Below, one piece after another: positions 53,878-64,000 of a DNA stretch of 64,000 nucleotides. Position 1 is the stretch's first letter, and each line of letters starts with the position of its first letter. The notes under the pieces are model-generated. The model saw nothing but the letters and a program-made list of their open reading frames with translations, searched no databases and was not told the origin of the DNA. This DNA comes from a virus: positions 24,349-88,348 of IMG/VR virus record IMGVR_UViG_3300009163_000025; one strand, given 5' to 3'. A program made the position numbers and the translations under genes.

Positions 53878-54178
53878 TTTTATACCTTTTCTCTGCTTCA
53901 ACTAGGGACACTCTAAGAATGTCATTGAGAATGACACCTAAGACTTTTTCAAACTCTTCATTGCCATGAAGATTTTTACTCTCTTCATTCATTATATCAT
54001 AGTTGAAACTAATTGAATACGTCCCATCAGGATTTTCTTCTTCGGCAAATGTAATTTCGCCAAAATGAAATTCGGTATCTTTAAATTCGCCAGTGGTAAT
54101 CTTAATCGTTGCGATAACATCTTGTTCTCGGTATCGAACATCTGTCTCTGTAATAATATAATCTTCATCAATTTTCAT
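53831..54178 (-). CDS. hypothetical acidic protein
   Basis: ORF between uvsX and gp41. Confidence 0.7.
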   Translation of the reverse strand: MKIDEDYIITETDVRYREQDVIATIKITTGEFKDTEFHFGEITFAEEENPDGTYSISFNYDIMNEESKNLHGNEEFEKVLGVILNDILRVSLVEAEKRYKNELREEDSKASDIGR

Positions 54179-54180
54179 TT

Positions 54181-54795
54181 TTAAAGTCCGCTAACATTCA
54201 CATTAACTGTTATACGATTTTTATGATTCACTGGACTATTAGATGCGTGATATAAATCTCCATTAAAAACAACCAAACGTCCTGCTTTAGGTTCAATAGT
54301 TTTCTTTACTGTCCAAGGCGCACTCTTCTCATTAAAAATAATTGTATCGCCATCAGAATCATTTGCGAAATAAAGAAAAACTGAATGTTTTTTATTATCA
54401 TCTTTATGTGGAGTGTGATATGATTTCTTTTCAGAATCTTTAATAGTTGGATACAAATTTGTCTTGCATCGCAAAATATTTACGCCACCCTCAAATGCAT
54501 GTTCATTGCGTAGTTTGTGAACGCCAATATTAACAATAAATTTACAAATTTCAAACCAGTCAGATTGAGTTCCATCTGGATGAAGAAGCCAATGCGTAAA
54601 GAATGGTGCTTCATATGAATGATCATCATTCAATTTAACATATTCATATTGAGGTGGATGTGTTGTATCTTGTGAGTGCCAACTGAAGTTTGAATTCAAT
54701 ACCTCATTTTGAATTTTTTCAATATCTTCTTCATTAAGAAAATTGTCAATAACAATGATCTCATTGTCACCCGTTAAAAAGTCATTAATCTTCAT
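54181..54795 (-). CDS. 2OG-Fe(II) oxygenase
   Basis: HKD, DGDT, FNGDLYH and RITVN motifs. Confidence 0.8.
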   Translation of the reverse strand: MKINDFLTGDNEIIVIDNFLNEEDIEKIQNEVLNSNFSWHSQDTTHPPQYEYVKLNDDHSYEAPFFTHWLLHPDGTQSDWFEICKFIVNIGVHKLRNEHAFEGGVNILRCKTNLYPTIKDSEKKSYHTPHKDDNKKHSVFLYFANDSDGDTIIFNEKSAPWTVKKTIEPKAGRLVVFNGDLYHASNSPVNHKNRITVNVNVSGL

Positions 54796-55852
54796 TTGTC
54801 AACTCCACTTCGTTATCTTCGACACTACCAACACTATCTTGTCCATATAAGAATTCTTTCTTACATGCTTCATCAATTTGATCCAAGATATCTTTAGTGA
54901 AATACTTTTCTGGTTCTTCGTTGATGTTCTTACCAAACACTTTTACGCCATTAGACAATTCATAACGTGTAGATACTTTCTTGATGATGCCATACTTCTC
55001 TGCGATATCAAGCAAACCATAATAACGATCTAAGCCTGTGCTGTACGTAATCTTAATCTCAACTTGAGAGTTCTCTTTAGTCAAACGTGATTTCTGCAAC
55101 TTACAACGAACGATATTACCAACAACTTCAGTACCATCTTTGTCTTTACGCTTAGACAAGAAAACGATTGTTGATGCTGTGTACTTCAAGCCAGAACCAC
55201 CAGACATTTCTTTCATTGGCACATATGAACCAACAACATCATAAACGTGATTTGTTACAATCAAAGGCACACCAATCTTAGCAAGTTTTAAATTCAATAC
55301 ACGAAATGTTGCTTTGAGAATTGCACTCTTAGTCATGTCTTTTGTTTCTTTACCTTCAGCAGTATCTTCCATTTCTTTCGTAGAAGACAACTGCCCAAGT
55401 GAATCAAGAACCATCATCATTGGTTTACGTTTTGCTTCTGGTTGCGTAGAATACTTCTCAATGATTTGCAATGCAGTATGACGAAACTTTTGAATTGTAT
55501 CTGGTTCAGAGATAACGACACGTTTAGTATCTACGCCTCTTGTTTCCATCATAGACTTTGTAACTGCGGCTTCAGTATCAAAATAGATAACACCACCATC
55601 AGGATTTGCATCAAGAAATTGTTTGACAATGCCAAGCACAAAAAAAGTCTTACCTGTTGAAGACTCGCCAGCAAATGCTGTTACTTTGTTGTTTGGTACG
55701 CCACCATAGATACTGCCTGATAGCAATGCGTTAAGAGCATATGAACCAGTGTCAATACTTCCGCTAAACTCTGCTGATGCATCACCATCTGCAAGAATCT
55801 TTGTGTCCTCATCTTTTAATTGGTCAACCAAATCTGTAAAAAAATTACTCAT
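54785..55852 (-). CDS. uvsX: RecA-like recombinase
   Basis: [12 protein letters not shown] and MSGGSGLKY motifs. Confidence 0.93.
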   Translation of the reverse strand: MSNFFTDLVDQLKDEDTKILADGDASAEFSGSIDTGSYALNALLSGSIYGGVPNNKVTAFAGESSTGKTFFVLGIVKQFLDANPDGGVIYFDTEAAVTKSMMETRGVDTKRVVISEPDTIQKFRHTALQIIEKYSTQPEAKRKPMMMVLDSLGQLSSTKEMEDTAEGKETKDMTKSAILKATFRVLNLKLAKIGVPLIVTNHVYDVVGSYVPMKEMSGGSGLKYTASTIVFLSKRKDKDGTEVVGNIVRCKLQKSRLTKENSQVEIKITYSTGLDRYYGLLDIAEKYGIIKKVSTRYELSNGVKVFGKNINEEPEKYFTKDILDQIDEACKKEFLYGQDSVGSVEDNEVELTNED

Positions 55853-55887
55853 AAATCATCTCCATAAAAACATAGTATAACATAAAA

Positions 55888-56295
55888 TCATCCTCTAGTC
55901 AATAAAAGCACTCTATCTATTTGTTCTTGAATCTTTGCGGTACGATTAGGCCAATAGATATATTCCTTCTCAGGATTTTTCATTAGGTTAACTAATAGTG
56001 GCATAATTAACTGCTCAAGTGATTTTAAATTTGCGGTTACTTCAGCCTTCATTGCATCACGCTCTGCATCCAATCCAAGTTTACCCGAATTGTATAGTGA
56101 AAGCATTTCATTCAATTTATCTTCGATACGTTGAATTGATTCTGAAGACTGTGTAATTGTTTCCCTAACAACAATAGTATCTTCTAAAGTGTTTGGGTCT
56201 GTTGTACGATTAACATCCGACTCATCGATTGCGCTGAATCCAAAATCATCTTGTTGTCTGAATGCTAGATATTCTGCTGGTATTTTAGTTGTCAT
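55888..56295 (-). CDS. conserved T4-like hypothetical protein
   Basis: DFGFSA and NPEKEYIYWPNR motifs. Confidence 0.75.
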   Translation of the reverse strand: MTTKIPAEYLAFRQQDDFGFSAIDESDVNRTTDPNTLEDTIVVRETITQSSESIQRIEDKLNEMLSLYNSGKLGLDAERDAMKAEVTANLKSLEQLIMPLLVNLMKNPEKEYIYWPNRTAKIQEQIDRVLLLTRG

Positions 56296-58790
56296 GTGAA
56301 GAAACTCTCCAATGTTGATTTCTTTTCTGTACTCCAATTCATTGTGGAAACAATCACTCGCAATGGTTCGAGATATGCTTTCATAAATTGCGTATCATAA
56401 TCAATAAACTTTTCAAGATCAAATTCTTTTGGTAATACAGTCAGAATAGAAAATACATTTTCCTGTACAGGATTAGGTACTTTCATGTAGCAGAATTTTG
56501 TCTTGTCGCCATCTTTAATAGATTGGTACTTCTTTGTTAGTTTGTTTTTTTCTAGCAAAGAATTAAATAAGATTGCACCACGCACATGAATTGGTGTGCC
56601 TTTTGTGTATATTTCTAATGCACTCTTATATTTAGACAATTCGCTCACGCCTCTAGGAAATGCAATATCTTCAAACGGAAGAGTTTTAAATTCTTTTTTG
56701 AATGCATCCACAAAAGATTGAAAGTCTTGTTCATTGCCATTCATCACAATCTTTAAAGATTCTTTAATCTTATCACGGCATGACATTGGTGTAGAAGACT
56801 TGACCGCTTCAATGCCCATCATCTTTAATTTAGGCTCAGCAAATCGAACACCCTCAGAATCATAGACGTTTAGAATATAACGCTTCTTTGCGGTCCAGAT
56901 GCCTTTGTTCGCAATCACTTCACGTTTCATCTGCATCTTCTGATCAAATGCATTCATGTAGTCTGCTAGTTCCTGATACGCCTTATCTATGAATGGCTCG
57001 ATTTTTTCTTTGCAGGCCTTGTCGATAAAGTCAACGATCTTTTCAGTTTGCGCTTGATTCTTCGATCCGTAGACCATATCAACAAGCGGACCAAGATTAA
57101 CGTATACAGAGTCCGTATCCGAGGCGATAACATAATCAACACCCTCACTTTTCAATAATTTGTTTAGATAACTATTCAACTTCATTTCAATCCATCGAAT
57201 AGCAAGTTGACCAGACAGAGTGATTGCCTCTGCTTGTCGAATGTCAAAGAACCTAAAATATTGATTACCGAGTGCGCCATAAGCAGAATTCAATTGTACT
57301 TTCTTTGCAAGTTGCAAGTTCTTGTACTTTGAAATCTGATTTGTTATTTCACGTTTACGTTCTTTATCAGTTTCTTTTTCGTAAGCCTTTTGAGCCTCAA
57401 TCATTTTCTTTTTATATAGTGACCGATCATCATACATGCGTTGCATCATAGCAGGCAAGAAGCCTTGTTTGTCACGCTTGAAGTAATGTCCGTTAGCGGC
57501 CATGCAATACTCTCCTTGCGGCTGATATTCACCATCTAGCAAGTTATCAATAGAGATGCTTGTATGTTTGCCTTCAACAATTGTTTCAGGTGAAACATTG
57601 TACTGCATAATCAAGTGTGGATACAATGAGTTCAAGTCAAACGATACAACCCATTGATGCATACCGACTTTTGGATCTTTCACGTAAGCGCCAGCATACT
57701 GTTCATCTTTTGGTGTGCGAACATTCTGTGGCACAACAATCTTTTGTTCAATCAATTCATTATGTATCAAAGTATCCCACATGCGTACTTGCGTGAACAC
57801 ATCGGTGTAATTAACTTTAGCATCATACGCAAGCGCAAGTGCCATGTCAATCAATTGCATCTTAGCGTCAATACGATCCACAAGTTCAACGTCATGGATG
57901 TTGTACTCAATAAACTTTTGAAAGTTTGTTCGATACAACTGATGAAGACTTTCAACTTCAGAGTAGTCTAACTTCTTCTCACCAAGTTCTAGGTATGAAA
58001 TGTGATTAAGACTAAAACTTTCTTGCTGTGAGTAAGTAAACTTTTTGTACAGTTCAATGTAATCAAGGATAGCAATACCCACCAAGTCGAATGCTACTTG
58101 CTGTTTGTTGTGGATCGTAGTTGTACGTTCACCAATTCTACGAAATGGAGATAAACGTTTTGCTGTATTGTCGCCCATGAGTCTTGTGATACGATTGTTC
58201 AGATATGGAATATCAAAAAATTGAATATTCCAACCAGTCACAATGTCTGGTGATGTTTCTTCCCACATGTCGAGAAAACGCATAATGAGATTGTTTTCAT
58301 CATTGCATTTGAAATACGTTACGTCATCACGATTGTTATCATAGTCACCACAACCAAACACATAGAAGTGTTCAGATATCTTAAACGTGATTGCAGTAAT
58401 TGGCTCACTTGCAGATGCAGGTTCGGGAAAGCCATTCTCAGAACCAACCTCTATATCAATGTTTGCAATTTTGATTTGAGATGGATCGTAATCCACTTTG
58501 CCGGGAAACGCTTCATTGATATACACATAAGGAAAGTTTGTTGAGCCATAGATTTTAAAATTGTCAACGTCTTCATAACGTTTTACAAAATCCATAGCAT
58601 CACGCATTGTGCCTTGTTGTACAGGCGCAAGTGCGTGTCCGTCTAGTGTTTGATATCCTGCGCCTCGATTGCCAGCAGTCAAATACAATACTGGATTGTA
58701 TTCAACCTTATCGCTGAACCTCTTGCCGTTGTTATATCCACGTACAAGAATATTGTTACCGAGTTTGGAAAAGTGTGTATAGAATTTCAT
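56292..58790 (-). CDS. family B DNA polymerase (T4 gp43-like)
   Basis: DIE exonuclease motif, DLNSLYP, KVQLNSAYG, SDTDS and KKRY. Confidence 0.97.
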   Translation of the reverse strand: MKFYTHFSKLGNNILVRGYNNGKRFSDKVEYNPVLYLTAGNRGAGYQTLDGHALAPVQQGTMRDAMDFVKRYEDVDNFKIYGSTNFPYVYINEAFPGKVDYDPSQIKIANIDIEVGSENGFPEPASASEPITAITFKISEHFYVFGCGDYDNNRDDVTYFKCNDENNLIMRFLDMWEETSPDIVTGWNIQFFDIPYLNNRITRLMGDNTAKRLSPFRRIGERTTTIHNKQQVAFDLVGIAILDYIELYKKFTYSQQESFSLNHISYLELGEKKLDYSEVESLHQLYRTNFQKFIEYNIHDVELVDRIDAKMQLIDMALALAYDAKVNYTDVFTQVRMWDTLIHNELIEQKIVVPQNVRTPKDEQYAGAYVKDPKVGMHQWVVSFDLNSLYPHLIMQYNVSPETIVEGKHTSISIDNLLDGEYQPQGEYCMAANGHYFKRDKQGFLPAMMQRMYDDRSLYKKKMIEAQKAYEKETDKERKREITNQISKYKNLQLAKKVQLNSAYGALGNQYFRFFDIRQAEAITLSGQLAIRWIEMKLNSYLNKLLKSEGVDYVIASDTDSVYVNLGPLVDMVYGSKNQAQTEKIVDFIDKACKEKIEPFIDKAYQELADYMNAFDQKMQMKREVIANKGIWTAKKRYILNVYDSEGVRFAEPKLKMMGIEAVKSSTPMSCRDKIKESLKIVMNGNEQDFQSFVDAFKKEFKTLPFEDIAFPRGVSELSKYKSALEIYTKGTPIHVRGAILFNSLLEKNKLTKKYQSIKDGDKTKFCYMKVPNPVQENVFSILTVLPKEFDLEKFIDYDTQFMKAYLEPLRVIVSTMNWSTEKKSTLESFFT

Positions 58791-59089
58791 TAAATAATAA
58801 TAGATTGTTTCTTAGGCATGACGATACCTGAGCCGTAAATCTCATTATACTTGTTTTGAATCTCTTGTGCAACTGATACGTTGTAAATAACATGGCTAAG
58901 TTGCAACTCTACCACCTTCTGTTCGGAGAAGATTAACATTGGTTGCATTTGCAATGTTGCTTTGCCATTTGGACCCATTCCGATTCCAATAACGCATGGG
59001 TTCTCAATTCGAACATTGTTGTCGCTGATAGTAATATCGCCAACAACTTCTTCACCACTAATCAATTTTAAAATTCTCAAGTTTGCCAT
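58790..59089 (-). CDS. Sm-like small protein
   Basis: LKLISGEEVV start; usual neighbour of gp43. Confidence 0.7.
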   Translation of the reverse strand: MANLRILKLISGEEVVGDITISDNNVRIENPCVIGIGMGPNGKATLQMQPMLIFSEQKVVELQLSHVIYNVSVAQEIQNKYNEIYGSGIVMPKKQSIII

Positions 59090-59107
59090 TTTATATCCTA
59101 TAATAAA

Positions 59108-59130
59108 ATGGGGGCATTGCGCCCCCATGT
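59108..59130. terminator. intrinsic terminator
   Basis: ATGGGGGC-N4-GCCCCCAT-like hairpin with a T-run on the minus strand. Confidence 0.7.
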
Positions 59131-59211
59131 GTCATTTAAAACGTTCTGCTTTATGTTTTTTTATTTCTTGAATAGATTCAAGAATAGATGCAAAAAATGC
59201 TTTGATCACTT

Positions 59212-59721
59212 TCATAGATCATCCTCAGTCAAGAATTGCTTAGTTGATTTCTTAGTTTTAGGTTCAGCATCAACTGTATCCTTAACTTCAATCTTCTTAG
59301 GCTTCTTGTGTTCTGGAATGATTCGCTCCAAAGCAATCTTCAACATACCGTTAATCAAAGCGGCATCTTGAATTTCGATTTGGTCATCAAGTGCAAATGT
59401 GCGAGTGAATGCACGATTAGCAATTCCTTTGAACAAGAAATTATCGCTATCATCTTTTGTGGCACCAGCAACAATAAGTTTATTGTCTTCTAGTGTGATA
59501 TCGATTTCTTGCTTACCGAAACCAGCAACAGCAAGTTCAATGACATAGGTATTGTCACCAGTCTTGCGAATGTTGTATGGTGGATAGTTAGGAATGTTTT
59601 TAGTTAGATCATCGTGAATCTTTGCAAGTTTGTTGAATTGATCATCAAAGCCTACAAAAAATTTATCAAAGTCTTTAAAACCTTGTGCGCCAAAAATAGC
59701 CGGAATTGGTGTGTGATTCAT
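59212..59721 (-). CDS. small heat shock protein (Hsp20/IbpA family)
   Basis: YPPYNI, LAVAGF, GIANRAF and NGML motifs. Confidence 0.93.
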   Translation of the reverse strand: MNHTPIPAIFGAQGFKDFDKFFVGFDDQFNKLAKIHDDLTKNIPNYPPYNIRKTGDNTYVIELAVAGFGKQEIDITLEDNKLIVAGATKDDSDNFLFKGIANRAFTRTFALDDQIEIQDAALINGMLKIALERIIPEHKKPKKIEVKDTVDAEPKTKKSTKQFLTEDDL

Positions 59722-59734
59722 ATTATATCTCCTC

Positions 59735-59962
59735 TTACTTAGATGTTGAAAATGCTTTCTTAGCATCAAAAGTGTATGCAGATAAACCAAGAGTTGTATA
59801 AAACTTATTGACTTCTTCTGCTACTGCTTTTGCGTAAGATGTTTGTGCATCAACAAAAGTATTGAGGGGTTTTGCAAGTTCTTCATTCTTAACGAATGTT
59901 TTGACGAATTGCTTTTTTGCGCCTTGAAATGTATCAATGGCTGTGTTTATGTTTTGTAACAT
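59735..59962 (-). CDS. phasin-like helical protein
   Basis: Amphipathic helices, FVDAQT motif. Confidence 0.45.
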   Translation of the reverse strand: MLQNINTAIDTFQGAKKQFVKTFVKNEELAKPLNTFVDAQTSYAKAVAEEVNKFYTTLGLSAYTFDAKKAFSTSK

Positions 59963-59969
59963 AGTTTTC

Positions 59970-60125
59970 TCCTATTAAGCGAGTTTAGAAAATTGATACC
60001 CCGAAGGCGTATCATTAAAATCCTGCTTACTGAATACAGGGGTACCATAACGTTGTACCAGCGTTAGACGCTCCTAAGGTAGAAGAGCCATTAACGTTCC
60101 CATCCCTGAGATACGTTTATTTATA
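59970..60125 (-). promoter_or_regulatory. late promoter plus structured 5' leader
   Basis: TATAAATA at 60118-60125; GC-rich hairpins including a C(UUCG)G loop. Confidence 0.6.
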
Positions 60126-60130
60126 ACAGA

Positions 60131-60358
60131 TTAAGCCTGTCCAACCATTCTGCGTGAAACAAAATAAGTTGTGTTACCTTCTGTGTTCATATCTTTACGA
60201 ACCTTGTAGCCGCTTTGGCGCAAGTCGCTGATACGGGCACGAAGGTTTTTAATGCCAAACAAAGACCTTGCTTGGGGTGCAGAGATTCCACGACCAGTAC
60301 CACGCAAGTACGATACCAAGAGTTCTGTCTGTGTTTTGCTAGAATTTACAAATGCCAT
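60131..60358 (-). CDS. winged-helix DNA-binding protein
   Basis: ARSLFGIKNLRARISDLRQSGY motif. Confidence 0.7.
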   Translation of the reverse strand: MAFVNSSKTQTELLVSYLRGTGRGISAPQARSLFGIKNLRARISDLRQSGYKVRKDMNTEGNTTYFVSRRMVGQA

Positions 60359-60399
60359 TTTAAATACCTCATCAATTAATGATAAAAAATTACTAAGAA

Positions 60400-60621
60400 T
60401 TATTTCTTAGCGGGTTCTCCAGCGTCTTTCTTAGCCGCTTTGTCCTTAGGAGTCATTGCTTTCTTCTTAGGAGCCTCGGCTGGCTTTTCTGCTGGTGCTG
60501 TTGTTGCTGTTGCCGCTGGTTTTGCTTCAGCAGGTTTTTTCTCTGCTGGCTTGTCAGCCGCAACTGCAATTAGGGAAAGAGTTGTTAGTGATACTGCAAC
60601 TAATGCTTTAAGTGATTTCAT
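60400..60621 (-). CDS. exported Ala/Lys/Pro-rich low-complexity protein
   Basis: Signal peptide plus KPAE repeats. Confidence 0.65.
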   Translation of the reverse strand: MKSLKALVAVSLTTLSLIAVAADKPAEKKPAEAKPAATATTAPAEKPAEAPKKKAMTPKDKAAKKDAGEPAKK

Positions 60622-60711
60622 GGGTGTTCCCTTTTGTTTAGAGATAACATTATCTCATAATATACAACGTTTGTCAAGTGCTTTTCGTTTACATATTATG
60701 GTAATGATGAA

Positions 60712-61149
60712 TTACTTTCTCAATGTCGCCTTAAGCATCCATGCGTGTTTACCAAATGCATCTTGACGTTCAGCCATAAAATTACTTAAATGATGTGCGT
60801 GGACTTGTTCAGCAAGTTCGTATACACGTTCAACACTTGCAAGCATAACTGGAATATCATCCAATAAATTTTGCAACATTATCTCTGCTGGCGGCACACT
60901 TTCATCACCTTGAATCTGTGACAATTGAATAAATCGATTGAAACTTCCTGGTGCGTATGCATCCAATACACGAATTTCTTCTGCAATCTTATCAACTACG
61001 CCATACACTTCTGTATAGATATTTTCTAGAAATTCATGATACTGTGGAAAGTTTGGACCAGTTACGTTCCAATGGTAGTAGTGCGTCTTCAAATAAAACG
61101 CATAGTGGTTTGCTAAAACCACTTTAAGTGATTGTACTAGTTCTTCCAT
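60712..61149 (-). CDS. dps: Dps/ferritin-like protein
   Basis: HWNVTG..F...H, DKIAE and KHAWML motifs. Confidence 0.9.
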   Translation of the reverse strand: MEELVQSLKVVLANHYAFYLKTHYYHWNVTGPNFPQYHEFLENIYTEVYGVVDKIAEEIRVLDAYAPGSFNRFIQLSQIQGDESVPPAEIMLQNLLDDIPVMLASVERVYELAEQVHAHHLSNFMAERQDAFGKHAWMLKATLRK

Positions 61150-61557
61150 TTAATTTGCTTCCCTCTTTTTACCTATATTGTATTTAGCGGTAAGTTCCCA
61201 TTCGTTTTTCTCTTTGTAAGAGATAATCTTGATCTGCGACAAAGGTGCTACAGGTGAACTTGATTTATCTTTGTTTACGACTTCTACTAGTCCCCATTCA
61301 GATAAAAGATTTGCAATTGCATTTCTTCTTCCTAAATCATTATCTTCAAAATCAGTATTCTTTCCATCTAGTGCAAACAGTTCTTTAAAGTGTACAATGT
61401 AATACTTGCCCCTCTTATGTAAGATGTGACAGGATTGATACAATGTTTTGTCTTTACGTGATGCTACACCTATGCGTGTGAGTGTCTCTTTTACTTTAAG
61501 AAAGTCATCTTCATTTTTTAATTTGACCTCAAGTAAATCTTCAATTTCTATTGCCAT
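61150..61557 (-). CDS. regA: translational repressor RegA
   Basis: FLKVKETLTRIG and LYQSCHILHK.G.YYIVHFKE motifs. Confidence 0.95.
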   Translation of the reverse strand: MAIEIEDLLEVKLKNEDDFLKVKETLTRIGVASRKDKTLYQSCHILHKRGKYYIVHFKELFALDGKNTDFEDNDLGRRNAIANLLSEWGLVEVVNKDKSSSPVAPLSQIKIISYKEKNEWELTAKYNIGKKREAN

Positions 61558-61960
61558 TCTTTTTCTCCTTAGTTTTCAAACCACCTTTTTCTAGTTTTTC
61601 TCGCATAATTTGAAGTTGATCGGGAGATATTAAGTGTGATATTTGTTTAGCCTTTGAATTATTATACCCAAAGAATTCCGAAATAATACGAATGTCCTCG
61701 CCCAACTCATTTTTCAGCCACTTGCTATAGCGTTTTCTAGGCCTGAGACTATTTAGTAAATAGGCAAACTGAGGTTTGTTGTCGAGAATGTTGTGAAAAT
61801 TCATCTCATTAGCGTATAGAACGCTATCGGGAAATAAAGAAAGTCCACGATTTACAATAAAAGCATTATAAGTTTTTTCTGCTAGTTCATCGTTTTCTGT
61901 TCCGTTCATCATATCAGTCTTTGTGTGACTGACTGCATTAATGTAATCAAATGGGCTCAT
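61541..61960 (-). CDS. clamp loader small subunit (gp62-like)
   Basis: FIVNRGLS, YANEMN and RKRYSKW motifs. Confidence 0.9.
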   Translation of the reverse strand: MSPFDYINAVSHTKTDMMNGTENDELAEKTYNAFIVNRGLSLFPDSVLYANEMNFHNILDNKPQFAYLLNSLRPRKRYSKWLKNELGEDIRIISEFFGYNNSKAKQISHLISPDQLQIMREKLEKGGLKTKEKKNGNRN

Positions 61961-61961
61961 A

Positions 61962-62627
61962 TCAAAAAAACTCTATAAGGTTGTTTGACGGTTCGTATAT
62001 TTTTTTGGTATCGAATGGCGTCAGTTTCATTGCTTCAACTATATCATTTAAATAACTATTTTGCAAGTTTTCTAAGTTTTCAACATAATTAGATAAATTA
62101 ACACGATGAATTTTTGTAAAATCTGATGGTGCTGTTATAAACACCACTTCGGACATTGGAATATTCTTAGCAGAAATTCCATCACCATAATACTGAATGT
62201 AATTATTTAAAATGTTTTTATCAATCACGGCAGAAGATTGTTCGTCAACTATCATAATAAATTCAGAATAAGTTAACGGCAAAGTCAAATGTTTATTTGT
62301 GCTTCTACTGTTGAGTAAAATTATTTCACTAATCTTTTCTTTTTTATTTCCAGTTTTTGTGTGAAGTCCATGTGATACATATTTCATTTCAACATGTATA
62401 TTATATTTTGGATAGAAGAAGTCTCTACCCACATCATCGAGATATTGTAATTTGCCTGCGCTAAATTTCTCTACTGCCTTTTCAAACAAATCACTTTTAT
62501 GAAATCTCATCTTTCGACTATTCAATGAAGTTCCAATTGAATTAACCAAAACATTCATTGCAGTCCATGAAATGTCTTCTCTCAAAGATTTTGCAATATC
62601 ACTTGAATTCACAATTGGCAAACTCAT
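61962..62627 (-). CDS. hypothetical protein, restriction-endonuclease-like
   Basis: E...GRD......VEMK pattern; AT-rich. Confidence 0.45.
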   Translation of the reverse strand: MSLPIVNSSDIAKSLREDISWTAMNVLVNSIGTSLNSRKMRFHKSDLFEKAVEKFSAGKLQYLDDVGRDFFYPKYNIHVEMKYVSHGLHTKTGNKKEKISEIILLNSRSTNKHLTLPLTYSEFIMIVDEQSSAVIDKNILNNYIQYYGDGISAKNIPMSEVVFITAPSDFTKIHRVNLSNYVENLENLQNSYLNDIVEAMKLTPFDTKKIYEPSNNLIEFF

Positions 62628-63043
62628 AATGTAGTTCTCTTTAAGTATTCAACTGCTTTCATAAGGCCTTCAAGTGTATCGCCCAATGCACCAATGGCAC
62701 GATTGCATGGACCACAAAGCCAGCCTCTAAACTTTATATTAACAGGATCGTGGTCTAAATTCAAGCCATATTGTCTTCGACTTAGATCAGCATTGCTTCC
62801 TAAGTTGGGTGGTAATCCACAACAATCACAAACCAATGGAACAGGTGGTGCAGATTTTCGTATTTCTTCAATCTGATTTTTACGCACCTTTATACATGGT
62901 GTGCAACGTGTGTCTAAATTATCCCACTTCTGATAATGCGGTGCAAATTCAGTTGTTGGTTTTTCTTCTTTACAGTAAATACATCTCTTCATTTTTTGTT
63001 GAAGAGGTATGCCTAAGAATTCATGTAACGTGCCATTGCTCAT
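62624..63043 (-). CDS. endonuclease VII-like (His-Me) nuclease, probable homing endonuclease
   Basis: Two CxxC, then CDCC, LDHD and RGWLCGPCN..IG motifs. Confidence 0.8.
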   Translation of the reverse strand: MSNGTLHEFLGIPLQQKMKRCIYCKEEKPTTEFAPHYQKWDNLDTRCTPCIKVRKNQIEEIRKSAPPVPLVCDCCGLPPNLGSNADLSRRQYGLNLDHDPVNIKFRGWLCGPCNRAIGALGDTLEGLMKAVEYLKRTTL

Positions 63044-63978
63044 TTGAATTCACAACTAGCCATCACTTCGGTTAGAAACGCAACAAAGTTGATTTCTTGA
63101 TCAACAACAAATGCAGATTTGTATTGATAGTCTGCTAAAAACAAAACCATTTGTGGTACTGAATTGGGTGCAAGATAGTCATTGCAACCATCAAAGATTC
63201 TACGGAACATAACTGATGGTTCATTATCTAAGTTCTCAGATACCCACTTACGCATTCCTGCAAAGTCTTTATCTTTCAATTTAGTAATGAGAGTTTTGAT
63301 GTTGTCTTCAGATACACTAGACAAAAGTCCTGCATCAATTTTACCTGTAGCAGAGTAGCGTTGAAGTTCATTGAGAACACGCCTCCAATCAGGAAAGAAT
63401 TTCATGATCAAGCCAGCAACAGCCGACAATTCAAATTCAATCTTTTCTGTTTCGAGAATGCCAGTCACACGTTTCATAAAACGACCAGCAAGTTTTGGTT
63501 TGTCTGCGTTACTTATTTTAAATTGTATAACGGAACATCTGCTGTGGAGTGGGGCAATGATACGATTGAGAAAATTGCAAGTAAGGATAAAACCACAATT
63601 AGCAGAAAACTCTTCCATGAAGTTCCGTAATGCGGGTTGAGTAGATTGAGGATTAAGGTAATCAGCCTCATCAAGTATGACATATTTTCTTCCACCAGTG
63701 AATGAAACAGTTGACGCAAAGTTTTTAATTTCATTGCGTAAGGTATCAATGTTGCCATTCATCGATCCGTTAATAACGATATAAGTGCATCCAAGTTCTT
63801 CAAGCAATGCCTTAGCGATAGTAGTTTTACCAACGCCAGGACCGCCCGCAAGAATTAGATTGGGGACATTCTTTTGGTCAACGAATTGTTGAAATGTCGC
63901 TTTTAAGTCTGCTGGAAGAATAGTATCTTCAACAGTTTTTGGTCGATACTTCTCGACCCACAAGAAATCTTGTAGCAT
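63040..63978 (-). CDS. clamp loader large subunit (gp44-like)
   Basis: WVEKYRP, GPGVGKT, LDEAD and SRC motifs. Confidence 0.95.
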   Translation of the reverse strand: MLQDFLWVEKYRPKTVEDTILPADLKATFQQFVDQKNVPNLILAGGPGVGKTTIAKALLEELGCTYIVINGSMNGNIDTLRNEIKNFASTVSFTGGRKYVILDEADYLNPQSTQPALRNFMEEFSANCGFILTCNFLNRIIAPLHSRCSVIQFKISNADKPKLAGRFMKRVTGILETEKIEFELSAVAGLIMKFFPDWRRVLNELQRYSATGKIDAGLLSSVSEDNIKTLITKLKDKDFAGMRKWVSENLDNEPSVMFRRIFDGCNDYLAPNSVPQMVLFLADYQYKSAFVVDQEINFVAFLTEVMASCEFK

Positions 63979-64000
63979 AATTCACCTCACCATAACATAA

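Noticed and set aside
33605-58790. Introns or inteins in nrdA, nrdB, thyX, helicase, uvsX or polymerase
   Set aside because: All are uninterrupted and of ordinary length, with no splicing motifs seen.
1-64000. CRISPR array
   Set aside because: No regularly spaced direct repeats with unique spacers; the repeats present are dispersed promoter elements or coding duplications.

Overview
64 kb of a large, AT-rich T4-like myophage genome, almost entirely on the minus strand; the host is probably a proteobacterium, possibly a freshwater betaproteobacterium (inferred from spanins, a GH19 endolysin and a phasin-like gene). From right to left it holds: a replication module (gp44, gp62, regA, dps, hsp20, gp43, uvsX, gp41), late virion and internal-protein genes, spanins, primase, thyX, nrdA/nrdB split by a PlcP-like phosphoesterase and a glycosyltransferase, an endolysin, one plus-strand membrane/lysis cluster, RNase H, an early region of small ORFs with repeated sigma70 promoters and GTTG-N8-CAAC palindromes, and a 25-tRNA array covering all 20 amino acids, interleaved with enzymes and two structured non-tRNA RNAs. 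The best finding is directly upstream of the tRNA array: an unannotated 37-codon ORF (12725-12838) uses all 20 amino acids in its first 29 codons and ends inside mutually exclusive antiterminator/terminator hairpins. It looks like a ribosome-stalling attenuator that senses shortage of any tRNA and allows read-through into the phage tRNA operon, whose leader also carries an rrn-type boxA. All calls were made by eye; no database searches or folding programs were run.
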